Origin: a virus
Taxonomy: Duplodnaviria; Caudoviricetes
IMG/VR virus record: IMGVR_UViG_3300030376_000340
Location: 1-33,306 of that record
DNA: 33,306 nt
Strand: one strand, 5' to 3'
Made by a program: the position numbers and the translations under genes. A model generated the notes under the pieces. It worked only from the letters and a program-made list of their open reading frames with translations, did no database searches and was not told the DNA's origin. Of the stretch, positions 1-9,765 are shown piece after piece; position 1 is the stretch's first letter, and every line of letters starts with the position of its first letter.

Positions 1-225
1 TATTCATTTTGAAAATTTTTTAATAGGTTGGTAACATTTTTTGGCACATTTGGTTTAGTCGGTGTTTTTATTTTTGGTGGTTCTAGTAATAATACTTTGG
101 TAGAAACACCAGATTCTGTTCTAGAAACATCAGCTAAATCATCTAAATCTATGATGACACCTTTATCATTAGAAGGATCGTATCTATGTTTATTATATCT
201 TTTATCATATTTACTTAGTATAGGA
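1..225. repeat. Terminal direct repeat / circular assembly overlap (copy 1; copy 2 at 33082-33306)
   Basis: Matches 33082-33306 except at positions 99, 128, 153 and 163; lies inside a coding frame that continues across the junction. Confidence 0.97.
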
Positions 226-833
226 TTAAGTTTATGTAAAGCACCACCAACAGCAGTCATAACAATAGCATCTGTATATGTTCTATCTCTATCAGAAACT
301 TGTTTACCAATTTCTTCTGATATTACTAATCCACCAAGTTTACTAAATTTATTAGGATTACTACCCATCATAGCTAATCTTAATGGTTTACTTAATAATA
401 ATATTGATGATGGATCTAAAAATATTTCACTAACTAAACTTGTTGCTGCAAAATATGGGTTCTTTAAATCATTTGCTTTTTGTTTCATAGCACTTAATCT
501 AAATGCTGATTCTTGTGGAGATCTTGAATCAAAAAACTTTTCTGGAAATTGATTTGCCCATCCTTTTAATTGTGGATCTAAAAAGGGATTGTATCTTTCA
601 TCTGCATCATCATTGAATCTTGAATAATTTATTATGTCTAAAGGAATTCCAATAACTGTTCTATCAGTTATAGCTCTACTCATCATACCAGGATCAGTAA
701 AAAAGTCGGTTACTTTTTCAAAATCTTTTTTTAAATCTACTGGTTCAAACCTATCTTGTATAGGATTTGTTATTAAGTCTTTTACTTTTACACCCTGAGA
801 TCCAAATTTTATTCTATTAAACCTATTCACCAT
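1..833 (-). CDS. N-terminal part of large internal virion (ejection) protein; continues into 30099-33081
   Basis: ATG at 833 overlaps the end of ORF 823-3957; hand translation MVNRFNRIKFGSQGV...YNPFLDPQLKGW...PKNVTNLLKNFQNE is open and in frame with ORF 30099-33128; joined length ~1271 aa. Confidence 0.85.
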   Translation of the reverse strand, partial: MVNRFNRIKFGSQGVKVKDLITNPIQDRFEPVDLKKDFEKVTDFFTDPGMMSRAITDRTVIGIPLDIINYSRFNDDADERYNPFLDPQLKGWANQFPEKFFDSRSPQESAFRLSAMKQKANDLKNPYFAATSLVSEIFLDPSSILLLSKPLRLAMMGSNPNKFSKLGGLVISEEIGKQVSDRDRTYTDAIVMTAVGGALHKLNPILSKYDKRYNKHRYDPSNDKGVIIDLDDLADVSRTESGVSTKVLLLEPPKIKTPTKPNVPKNVTNLLKNFQNE

Positions 834-3800
834 CTTTTTCAAAACTTTCAAATGCTTGATTAAAAATATCACTCATAAAGTAAAGATTAATATAAGAATT
901 TAAGTCAGGATTATTGTATAAATTTTTTACATATGTTGCATTATTCTCTCCTAGTATAGCACCATATAATTCTTCTTTATCTATATTTGGAAAATCTATT
1001 AAAATTCTAGAAATAAATGCTTTTGTAATAGGTTCATAATTTTTATATGTTTCTTCTACATAGTTAAATATAGAACTAACTACTTCTTTATTATATACTG
1101 TAGTTTCTTTATTTAATAGATCATCCATTTGTCCATTAACTATTCCAAATAATTCATTTCTTTGTTTTGGTGTATTAAATTGTTTATTTCTATACTCTTG
1201 ATGAAATATATTGTGATTATTATAATCATCATTTTCATATAAATGATTCAATATTTTAGCATATTGTGTTTCTACATCTAAACCTCCATATGTTTCTAAT
1301 ATATTACGTAGCAAAGGTGCTATAAATCTTTCTTCTAAAGAATCTAAATATGCTGTACTAATTGTTCCTGTTGATCCTAAATCTTCTTTAGCCATATCTG
1401 CATCTATTCTTGATTCTAATTTAGATAAAGATATTTCTCCCCCATTAGTATATTCTGTAGGATTAAAAGCTCTGCCATCATATGATAATGTATTCAATGT
1501 ATCATAATTTTCTGGTTCTAAATAACTTGTACCACTATTTGCTACAACTACATCATAATTAGCATTAGCACCAGTACCACCATCTTCTCTATATAATACA
1601 TATATATTACCATTTTGAATAAGGTTTCTAATTTTTTCCATGGTTGGAATTTCTAATCTACCATCAGGTAAAGTAAATTGATCTTTCATAGATTCATATA
1701 AACCATGAGTTTCATCACTTAATATCTTAGATAAATTATTATATGTATATGCTGCTAATGCTAATTCTATATCTTCTTGTTGATTACCAGATGTACTTAT
1801 ATTTTTGTGTTCTTTTACTATAGGCATATATACATATGTATCACCAGGAATATTGTCTTGAAATGGACTAGCTCCATAATGTCCTTTTTCCATTGAATTT
1901 AATGTATAATTAATAGCTCTTTCAAATCTTATATTTTTTTGTTCATCATCATCTCCATATTCTGATAAATAATTAAAGTAAGGAAGTGCTTTGTTTAAAA
2001 TAAGATCATTTATTAATGCTGGGTTTCTATCATAAAATTCTTCAGCTGCTTTTTGTGCTGTATATTCATCTTGTGTTTTTACTGCAAGCATAAAATGTCC
2101 AGAAGCATACAAGTTTATTGCTTCATTTCCATCTTTGTCATACCCAGCTTTCCATTGATTTACTATAGATTTTACAAATCTTGCTTTAATGTCATTTTCT
2201 CCATCACCTGGTAGTACATTTTCTGATAACCATTCATTATTTTTAGTTTCTATTTCTTCTAATTCATTTTGTGATCTGTTTACTTTCTTTTTCATTATTG
2301 CTGCTATTGAACCATTAGGCATACCTTCTGATCTAAGTTGGCTCATAGTAGTAAAAAATTCATCCATTTCAGTACTCATACCTTCAATGTCTAGGTATCC
2401 ACCATTGGTCAGTACATCAAATGTAGATAATGTTTTATCTAATATTGCTTCTATATTTTTTTCTTCCATTTGTACAATTTGTGTTGGTCCTATTTGATTT
2501 AACCAATTAGCATATCCTGTTGGTATATATTTTTCATATTGCATAATTTTTGATATAGTAGTTAAATCATCTTCATTTAAACTATCAAAAAAATCTATTG
2601 TATTTTCATAACCATACCCTTTAAAAATAGTAGAATAGTACCCATCCATAATAACTTTTTCTCCACCCATTAATGTAATTTGATCTGCGTCTAATTCTGA
2701 TATTCTATTACTTAAACTATTTTTAGGTTCTTGAAAATTAATACCATCACCAGCTGTATCAAAAATAACTTCGCCATATAATTTTGTTACATTATACTTT
2801 GCAACATTTAAATTAAAAATTTTATTTACTTTTTCTGGAGTAACCTCTAAACCCTGTTGTTCAAGACTTGTAGCTACTTCATCAAAGGTCATTGGTTCAT
2901 AGTAATTACTACCTGGTGTACCTGACATTTTTACAAAATCACTACTAATGGTAGTAAGACTTTTTAAATTTCCTTCTATTTTTTTAATATTTTGATAGTT
3001 TTGTGTTTTATCAACTCCAACTTCATCTATTTTTTTTACTAAATTATTATTTTGTATTTTTGCTACATATCTATTATTAGCTTCAATAACACTTAGTAAA
3101 GTTTCTTCTCCAACTTTTACTCCTGTTTCACTTTCAAAAACATTATAGTTAATACCTCTGTTATTATTTTTATCTAAAAGATAATCACTTTGCCAATTAG
3201 CAAAAGCAAGATTTGCTTCATTCATTTCTATTGGATTTTGTATATCTATATCTTGATAAAATAATGATGCTATAGCATTGATTCTAGCAATTTCTACACT
3301 TTGTAATATTTGTAATTCTTTTGTTCTTAAATCTGATCCATTCATATCACCACCACTAAATGGTTCTAGTGCTTCATATTTACCTTTTAGTGAGCCTAAT
3401 GCTTGGGTTAATACAGTTCCACTATATTCATGTATTAATCTTAATGCTTCTTCTCTATTCTTTGATGTTCTTCCTATGTTAAAGTAATGATTTTCTGCAT
3501 CTATTACTACGTTATTAAGCCAAACATCAAACTTTTCTCTATTTTCATTATATGTTACAGTATTACTTTGTTCTCTTAATACGTCAAAACTTGTTATAAA
3601 CTTTTGTTGAAACCAACCATCAGCAGCTATCTTTAATCTTTCTGGTGCATTACTTAATACAGCATTATGGTATGAGTTCATTTCAGCTGTAAATTCTTCA
3701 AGGTTTGGATTTTTACCAGATGTAAGTATTTCGTTTACTTTGTTGTTCATAAACATTCCTGTATTAAATTCATAATCATTCATCCAATTTGCATCATAAA

Positions 3801-3957
3801 GTTTTGCTTGTGCTTCACCAAAAGCATTTAAAGAATCAGCGATAGGCTGAGTTATACCAGATATATTAGGAGTACCCACTGTTACTACACCCATTCTAGA
3901 AGCTGTAGATGATGGTGATACTGTTGTAGTCGGTAGTATTTTTTGTATTTTAACCAC
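823..3957 (-). CDS. Internal virion / ejection protein (T7 gp15-like position)
   Basis: 1044-aa ORF between the small internal protein and the largest virion gene, after tail tube B; function from synteny only. Confidence 0.65.
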   Translation of the reverse strand: MVKIQKILPTTTVSPSSTASRMGVVTVGTPNISGITQPIADSLNAFGEAQAKLYDANWMNDYEFNTGMFMNNKVNEILTSGKNPNLEEFTAEMNSYHNAVLSNAPERLKIAADGWFQQKFITSFDVLREQSNTVTYNENREKFDVWLNNVVIDAENHYFNIGRTSKNREEALRLIHEYSGTVLTQALGSLKGKYEALEPFSGGDMNGSDLRTKELQILQSVEIARINAIASLFYQDIDIQNPIEMNEANLAFANWQSDYLLDKNNNRGINYNVFESETGVKVGEETLLSVIEANNRYVAKIQNNNLVKKIDEVGVDKTQNYQNIKKIEGNLKSLTTISSDFVKMSGTPGSNYYEPMTFDEVATSLEQQGLEVTPEKVNKIFNLNVAKYNVTKLYGEVIFDTAGDGINFQEPKNSLSNRISELDADQITLMGGEKVIMDGYYSTIFKGYGYENTIDFFDSLNEDDLTTISKIMQYEKYIPTGYANWLNQIGPTQIVQMEEKNIEAILDKTLSTFDVLTNGGYLDIEGMSTEMDEFFTTMSQLRSEGMPNGSIAAIMKKKVNRSQNELEEIETKNNEWLSENVLPGDGENDIKARFVKSIVNQWKAGYDKDGNEAINLYASGHFMLAVKTQDEYTAQKAAEEFYDRNPALINDLILNKALPYFNYLSEYGDDDEQKNIRFERAINYTLNSMEKGHYGASPFQDNIPGDTYVYMPIVKEHKNISTSGNQQEDIELALAAYTYNNLSKILSDETHGLYESMKDQFTLPDGRLEIPTMEKIRNLIQNGNIYVLYREDGGTGANANYDVVVANSGTSYLEPENYDTLNTLSYDGRAFNPTEYTNGGEISLSKLESRIDADMAKEDLGSTGTISTAYLDSLEERFIAPLLRNILETYGGLDVETQYAKILNHLYENDDYNNHNIFHQEYRNKQFNTPKQRNELFGIVNGQMDDLLNKETTVYNKEVVSSIFNYVEETYKNYEPITKAFISRILIDFPNIDKEELYGAILGENNATYVKNLYNNPDLNSYINLYFMSDIFNQAFESFEKDGE

Positions 3958-4462
3958 GAATTATCCTATTCTTAAATCCTATAATTTTTTGTCCAAATGT
4001 TTTTTCGCCTTCTTTTAAATACATATCATGGTATTGCCATCCATTTACTACAGTAGTAGAAGCATTTACTAATGAACCTATATTAGAATATCTACTATCT
4101 AATTTTTCATTATAAATAGCTTGATCATAAGATGTTTTAATTTTATTTACATTAAATCTATTAGTAGCTAAATCTTGTTCTAAAACATTTCTAATATCTT
4201 GTTGTATTGCAAGAAAACTTCTACTTTCTCCTACACCACTAGCTCCTTTAACAGCTCTGTTATTTGCTAGTATTTGTTCTACTTCCCTTCTTCTTGCAAG
4301 TTCTGCTTGTAATCCTTCAAACTCTGCAACTTTTTTTTCTTGTTCATATCTTTTTATATTTTCTCTTGCAGCTGCACTTGCTGCTCGAGCTTGCAAAATA
4401 CTTCCAGTTGCACTAATTCCAGCTGAAATCATAAACATAGTTGCTGGTGTTATTGCTGACAT
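3950..4462 (-). CDS. Small internal virion protein (T7 gp14-like)
   Basis: 170 aa, Ala/Gly-rich hydrophobic N-terminus, 'ASGV...S' motif, directly after tail tube B. Confidence 0.7.
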   Translation of the reverse strand: MSAITPATMFMISAGISATGSILQARAASAAARENIKRYEQEKKVAEFEGLQAELARRREVEQILANNRAVKGASGVGESRSFLAIQQDIRNVLEQDLATNRFNVNKIKTSYDQAIYNEKLDSRYSNIGSLVNASTTVVNGWQYHDMYLKEGEKTFGQKIIGFKNRIIRG

Positions 4463-6657
4463 TAATATATTACCTCTAGTGCCATACCTAATAACTTTAA
4501 TGGTAATGGTTCTGTTTGTGTTATTTTTACTGTAGGTGATCTATCATATCCAAGAAAATAAAATTCTTTTTTACCAGTAACCTTAGCTACTGATGTTGCT
4601 ACATTAAAATCTACTTGTCTAATAATTAGATTCTTTGCAGTTCTATCTGATGCTTGTAAAGCAATATTAAGTGTATCTGCAACATCTATAACTGCTCTAG
4701 ATATTCTTTTAAAATTTCCTGTCAATGGACCATTCTGTACTTCTTTATCTATAGGCATAGTTTCTAACTCAGGACTAAAATTAAATCCTATAGTAACTCC
4801 AGCTGGGTGAGCTTCATTTAGTGTTATTGTATTAGATCCTGTAGTAGTAAATGTTCCTAATGCCATTGTACCATCAACAGCATATACTGAAGTAGATGTC
4901 AAGTGCGTAGGTGTATTATGTAATCTACCTTGTACTATTGTAATTACTGCATTATCAGATGGAGTAGCTGCAAGTGTTTGATTTAATACTAATGTAAACC
5001 CTGTTGCTGTAGCATTAACAGTTTGAATAGTATATTCTGTACTGTTACCAGCTATTGTAATAATATCATTAGGATTTGGTGCAGTTGTATATCCATCTAC
5101 ATTTAATGATAATCCTGATTGACTACTGCCATTTACTTTAGGAGAACCTTGTTGATTTAATGTTGTAACATCAGAACAATCTAAAGTTAAAGTATCATCA
5201 TCAGCAAACTTTTCTAGTGTATATATAGTAGAACCACCTATAACTCTAGATACAACACAAAATAAATTTTCATTAACTGCTGTAATACTTGTAAAATTAT
5301 CTCCTGATCTAGTACTCCATGCTGTCCATCCAGCAATCTTTTCAGATCTAATACTATGGAATAAAGCTAGTGTTCCGTCTGTATTAGTAAAGAAAGCAAA
5401 TTGTTCTGGTCTAGTTGCTGTACCAGTTATCATAGCCATATCTACTGGATTATTAATAACTTGCGAAGCAAGTATAGATATTGAAGTAGAGGCATATGCT
5501 GATTCTACATCTGAAAAAAGATATTCTCTTATAGCTTTACCATTCTTTTGTGCATATAAAGTAGCTCCATCAAATATAACTGGTCTTGCTCTATTACATC
5601 CATATGGTGTTTGCCTCATAAAAACAATATTAGAAGGTGTGACTGCTGAAGTATCAGAAGAAGAAGGTACAAAAAATTCACCACCATCAGTAAATACTTG
5701 TAAGTTTCTTGAACTTACTAAATGCCTAATCTCATTAATTCTATCTGCTGTTATAGTTACATCTATAGCGTCATCTGCATTACCAGAACCTACTTCAAAA
5801 TTAAAATATTCTCCTACTACTGAACCTATAACTGATGCTGGTTTATCCTTAATACCACCAAAATATAATCTATTATCATGGAATGTAACTGCTTGGGGAA
5901 AACCTTTTATTGAAGATATAAGTTGTTCTGCCCATACAAAATGAGGACCATTACTTACTGTATCTTCTATAACTGTAACAGTTATTTCTGTAGAACTTGT
6001 AAATCCTGTTACTTTAACTTGTTTATTATTTACTAATAAGTATGTACCTACATAATCTGCTGTAAAATATCCTGAACTAGCTGTTAATGTTCTTCCTGTA
6101 CCAGTTGCGTGTGCAGACAAAGTAACTGATATAGTTGATGCAGCATATTTAAAAAAAGGTTGTGTTGTTTTATTAACACCACCTACAGTAACAGTTTCAT
6201 TTTCTTCAAATGTAAATAAACTTACTGCAAAGTTTGATGCAGAAGTTCTTACAATTTTAACTATAGGGTTATCTCTATGTACAATAAATACTGTATCACC
6301 AAACTGTGCATAATTTAATTCAAATAATTGTGCTGTTGTCCAATTACAGTTGCTAGTAATATTAGCTTGAACACTAGCACCACTACTATTAAATACATCT
6401 AATCTATTATTAGATAAAGCAAATACTGCCATCTCATCGTTAGAAAATATAAAAGGAATTATTCTTGATGCTCCAGGTAATGTTGATTTATATGTAGTAC
6501 CTGGTCTACGCATTAATCCACCTTCATCAAGTAAGTACCAGTTTCTTAATGTCTTTGCTCCATTGAAATATGCAGAAGCATCTGTTCTTGCGTTTAATAA
6601 AGGATTAAGTTCTCCACTTGCAAAGTTAGTGTATACAGTTCTAAGGACCTTTGCCAT
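4462..6657 (-). CDS. Tail tubular protein B / nozzle
   Basis: 731 aa; N-terminal 'TNFASGELNP...GGLMRRPG', 'FPQAVTFHDNRL' and C-terminal 'PLPLKLL' are typical of podovirus nozzle proteins. Confidence 0.88.
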   Translation of the reverse strand: MAKVLRTVYTNFASGELNPLLNARTDASAYFNGAKTLRNWYLLDEGGLMRRPGTTYKSTLPGASRIIPFIFSNDEMAVFALSNNRLDVFNSSGASVQANITSNCNWTTAQLFELNYAQFGDTVFIVHRDNPIVKIVRTSASNFAVSLFTFEENETVTVGGVNKTTQPFFKYAASTISVTLSAHATGTGRTLTASSGYFTADYVGTYLLVNNKQVKVTGFTSSTEITVTVIEDTVSNGPHFVWAEQLISSIKGFPQAVTFHDNRLYFGGIKDKPASVIGSVVGEYFNFEVGSGNADDAIDVTITADRINEIRHLVSSRNLQVFTDGGEFFVPSSSDTSAVTPSNIVFMRQTPYGCNRARPVIFDGATLYAQKNGKAIREYLFSDVESAYASTSISILASQVINNPVDMAMITGTATRPEQFAFFTNTDGTLALFHSIRSEKIAGWTAWSTRSGDNFTSITAVNENLFCVVSRVIGGSTIYTLEKFADDDTLTLDCSDVTTLNQQGSPKVNGSSQSGLSLNVDGYTTAPNPNDIITIAGNSTEYTIQTVNATATGFTLVLNQTLAATPSDNAVITIVQGRLHNTPTHLTSTSVYAVDGTMALGTFTTTGSNTITLNEAHPAGVTIGFNFSPELETMPIDKEVQNGPLTGNFKRISRAVIDVADTLNIALQASDRTAKNLIIRQVDFNVATSVAKVTGKKEFYFLGYDRSPTVKITQTEPLPLKLLGMALEVIY

Positions 6658-7253
6658 TAGTATCCTCCAGTAGTCAATCTATCCTGTATAAACCTTTTCG
6701 TATTAAGAACACTATTAGATACTTCTTGACTATCTATGTTCTTTGCTATTCTCATTTGGTTTTCACCAAGTGTTTCAAACTGTTGTATCATCTGTGCATC
6801 TCTTGCTACAGATCCAGCAAATATTGCTGCTAATTTATATTGTAAAGCTAATTTAAAATACTCTGGGAAGTCTGATTCTTCTTGTCTAAATATATAATCT
6901 GCTATTAATACATTAGTAGATCCATATGTATTACAAAAAATCTTATCTCCATATCTTGCATAGTGTATTGGATTGTCATTAACTGTAACTGTATTTAAAA
7001 CTAATAGTTCAGGACTTGATGGTAATTGATAAGCATATTCATATCTTCCTGTAGGTGCATCAGCTAATAAAGAAAGTTGTTTTTGTTCTGTAGCAAACTT
7101 CCATCTATGTCTAGATAAACAAGACTTCAGTATATTTTCATACATATTAGAAGCTACTAATGCTTCTGTTGAACCATCATCAAAAGATGAAATAGGTTGT
7201 GCGCCTATCATAATGATAGCTCTTGCACATATGTCTACTTTAGTATCTGCCAT
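6657..7253 (-). CDS. Tail tubular protein A / adaptor
   Basis: 198 aa; 'DICARAIIMIGAQPISSFDD...HRWKFA...YAYQLP' matches the gp11-like adaptor pattern. Confidence 0.88.
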   Translation of the reverse strand: MADTKVDICARAIIMIGAQPISSFDDGSTEALVASNMYENILKSCLSRHRWKFATEQKQLSLLADAPTGRYEYAYQLPSSPELLVLNTVTVNDNPIHYARYGDKIFCNTYGSTNVLIADYIFRQEESDFPEYFKLALQYKLAAIFAGSVARDAQMIQQFETLGENQMRIAKNIDSQEVSNSVLNTKRFIQDRLTTGGY

Positions 7254-7255
7254 GG

Positions 7256-7280
7256 TTAAAGGGGGGAATAAATCCCCCCA
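7256..7280 (-). terminator. Putative weak intrinsic terminator after the capsid genes
   Basis: Minus strand GGGGGA-TTTAT-TCCCCC followed by CTTTAA; position analogous to T7 Tphi; U-tract is short. Confidence 0.5.
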
Positions 7281-7286
7281 ATATCA

Positions 7287-7535
7287 TTATGATAATAATG
7301 CAGTTGTTACTGTAGAGGATGAAGCAGCTGATACTATTAAAATATCTACTACACCATTTGATCCACCACTGTTTACAATAATTACATCACCAGCATTTAA
7401 GTCGCCTGTTGCTGATAAAAAGTAATCTGCATCATCAATAGTTCCTATGGCATCTCCATCAGAGTAGTACCACATAGAATTACTATCTCCCATTTGAGAG
7501 ATCTTCTTAATTGGATTTGAAGTTGCGTATGCCAT
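7287..7535 (-). CDS. Probable minor capsid / decoration protein
   Basis: 82 aa directly after the capsid gene, GGAGAG RBS, beta-rich composition. Confidence 0.55.
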   Translation of the reverse strand: MAYATSNPIKKISQMGDSNSMWYYSDGDAIGTIDDADYFLSATGDLNAGDVIIVNSGGSNGVVDILIVSAASSSTVTTALLS

Positions 7536-7537
7536 GA

Positions 7538-8377
7538 TTAACTCTCCCTACATTTCTGCACTCTACATCCGTCAGTATCAATAAGTACTGCACCCATTGA
7601 CATATATGATGTAGTTAGGTGTGCTACCTTCTCAGGTATGTAGTTTACTTCAGTTCTTACATCTGAACCTACACCTAATCCCATTGATGACTTATGCCAT
7701 GCTAATGTAAATCTATCATTAGAACCATCTTTTGATAAACCACTAAATGCCATCCACATAAATGAAATCCATCTCTTTGCTGTTAATCCACCTTTAAATG
7801 GAAGATCAGCTTCACCGATATATTCAGCTCTAGAGAATTGATCTATGGATAAAAGATCTGACCATTGGTTTCCACCAACAACCCAATATCTTTGTCCATC
7901 ATCTGGAACATCATTTTCTTGGAATGTTTCAAACATCTTCTTAGCTTTGATTAAAGACATACCAGCGGCAGAATCAGAGTTTGCGTTGTGTGCTACTGCT
8001 GTAGCTCCAGCATCAAAAGTATCTGTTACAATACTGTCTGTTTTTCTACCAAGAGCATATGCTGCGTTTTGAGCAACAATGTTTCTTTCATCAATGTTTA
8101 CTTTTAGTTCGTCTAGTTTGTCCACATAGTCTGCTGCGTAAAAGTCGTTTAGTGTTGCAGTTACATTAGAGTGTACAGAGTTCATAGCGACAACTTCGGC
8201 ATGTCTTGCTTTTGTTGAAGCAGAACCCTTGGCTACTTTTTGAAACTGAACGGTATTTCCTTTTACGTTGCTAACATTACGGACCATATTTTTGAGCTTA
8301 GAGCCCATTCTTTGATAAGCCATATGCACTTCTGCTTCGAACTGCTTTATAAAGGCTTGGTCTATAGTCGCACTCAT
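7538..8377 (-). CDS. Major capsid protein
   Basis: 279 aa; 'QFEAEVHMAYQRMGSKL', 'AYALGRKTD' and 'YIPEKVAHL..SMGAV' fit HK97-fold podovirus capsids; follows scaffold; AAAGGA RBS. Confidence 0.92.
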   Translation of the reverse strand: MSATIDQAFIKQFEAEVHMAYQRMGSKLKNMVRNVSNVKGNTVQFQKVAKGSASTKARHAEVVAMNSVHSNVTATLNDFYAADYVDKLDELKVNIDERNIVAQNAAYALGRKTDSIVTDTFDAGATAVAHNANSDSAAGMSLIKAKKMFETFQENDVPDDGQRYWVVGGNQWSDLLSIDQFSRAEYIGEADLPFKGGLTAKRWISFMWMAFSGLSKDGSNDRFTLAWHKSSMGLGVGSDVRTEVNYIPEKVAHLTTSYMSMGAVLIDTDGCRVQKCRES

Positions 8378-8490
8378 AATAAGTTTCCTTTCGAGTATTC
8401 TTGGTTAATAATCAAGTTGTCGTTATAAACTTTAGTATGTTATCCTACTGGGCATATTCCAGTCTATTTCGGCTTGTTAGTTGAGATATA

Positions 8491-8751
8491 TTATATTTTT
8501 GTCATCTTTACAAGACCAGAAGCAATAAAAACATTGACATCACCAAATGTATATGACCCATCAGATTCTTCTATGTATGATGAAAATGTCTTTATATGCT
8601 TTTGATCTTTAGAATAAAGATAGGCTTCTGTAGTAATAACAGCTGGTTTTACTGTATCCATGTCATTTTTTGACATCCATTCACTATGACCAGTAGGATC
8701 TTCCCATTTAAAAATATACTTTTTAAAAGGAAGTTCTTTATTCTTAGCCAT
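8491..8751 (-). CDS. Hypothetical phage protein (W.D....W motif)
   Basis: 86-aa ORF overlapping the scaffold stop. Confidence 0.65.
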   Translation of the reverse strand: MAKNKELPFKKYIFKWEDPTGHSEWMSKNDMDTVKPAVITTEAYLYSKDQKHIKTFSSYIEESDGSYTFGDVNVFIASGLVKMTKI

Positions 8752-9490
8752 ATTTCTTTTCGAATAATTTTGTTACTTTATCGTAATATGCTTTATCTCT
8801 GCGTGATGGATCATAATATCTAGGATCATTCATCATAGATCTTAAATCATCTTCTTCTAGTTCTGCATCTACTACAGTATTAGCATTAGGTAATGGTTTG
8901 CTTTTAGTAATATTCATTATTTCTTCAATAGCTTTGACACCTTCAGCAGTTGTGGCTAACTTACTCATAGCATCATATGCTTCAGTAGATAAATACTTCT
9001 TAGACCATAGCTCTGCTGCTTCTAATCTAGACTTAGCATTATCTCCGAGTGTTTCCATTTCTGATTTTATATCTGGTAATCCAGCTATTTCATTATTAAC
9101 AAAAGCATTAACACCTCTATTAAATACTTCTTGGGATAATTTGTTTTCTTTACAAATATTTGACCATTCTTTAAGTAATTCTTGTTCTTCATTTACCTCA
9201 ATGTTTACATCTTCAGGTACATCAGGCATAACAATTTCATATTTTTCTGGGATAGAACCTAATCTTTCTTGTTCTATATCTGTTCGTATTTGGTTTGATA
9301 ACTCATCAGTTCTCATACCTAATTTCTTTTCTAAAGAATTATATGATGCACTAAGTTCCTCAACTTTAATTTCATTTCTATCTGTATCCCAAAATTTTTC
9401 AGGAACATACTCAGGTCTACTAACTTCTGGTTCTTTTTGTGTAGCTTCTACTGGTTGTTGTTCTTCTGATTGTACTGCTTCTTCTGACAT
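8744..9490 (-). CDS. Capsid scaffolding protein
   Basis: Acidic 248 aa; 'RPEYVPEKFWD...SYNSLEKKLG' and C-terminal 'MNDPRY' basic tail; between portal and capsid. Confidence 0.85.
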   Translation of the reverse strand: MSEEAVQSEEQQPVEATQKEPEVSRPEYVPEKFWDTDRNEIKVEELSASYNSLEKKLGMRTDELSNQIRTDIEQERLGSIPEKYEIVMPDVPEDVNIEVNEEQELLKEWSNICKENKLSQEVFNRGVNAFVNNEIAGLPDIKSEMETLGDNAKSRLEAAELWSKKYLSTEAYDAMSKLATTAEGVKAIEEIMNITKSKPLPNANTVVDAELEEDDLRSMMNDPRYYDPSRRDKAYYDKVTKLFEKKYG

Positions 9491-9765
9491 TAACTCTCCT
9501 TATGTGTTTCTATTCTTTTTTGTATAATAAAATATAAATATCTCATTCCCTCTAAGTGTCTTAGCTGGTCATTTGTAATATCTCTACCAGCTACAGCATC
9601 TACTGTAATAGATTTTAAGTAATTTAAAACCTTTTTTCCTAGATCTGTTTTAAATAATGCAGCAATATCAGCATTAAGCTCTATTTCTGCACCTTTTGAT
9701 CTAGTAAATCCGTCTATTGAATGATAAAAACCTTCAGGTTTGTTGCGTATCTTCTCCCAAGCCAC
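9490..9765 (-). CDS. Bbp19-like protein
   Basis: 'LFKTDLGKKVLNYL...LEGMR' directly downstream of the portal, as in BPP-1-like phages. Confidence 0.7.
   Translation of the reverse strand: MAWEKIRNKPEGFYHSIDGFTRSKGAEIELNADIAALFKTDLGKKVLNYLKSITVDAVAGRDITNDQLRHLEGMRYLYFIIQKRIETHKES

Noticed and set aside
28-552. 174-aa plus-strand ORF
   Set aside because: Antisense shadow of the minus-strand virion gene that starts at 833 and crosses the junction
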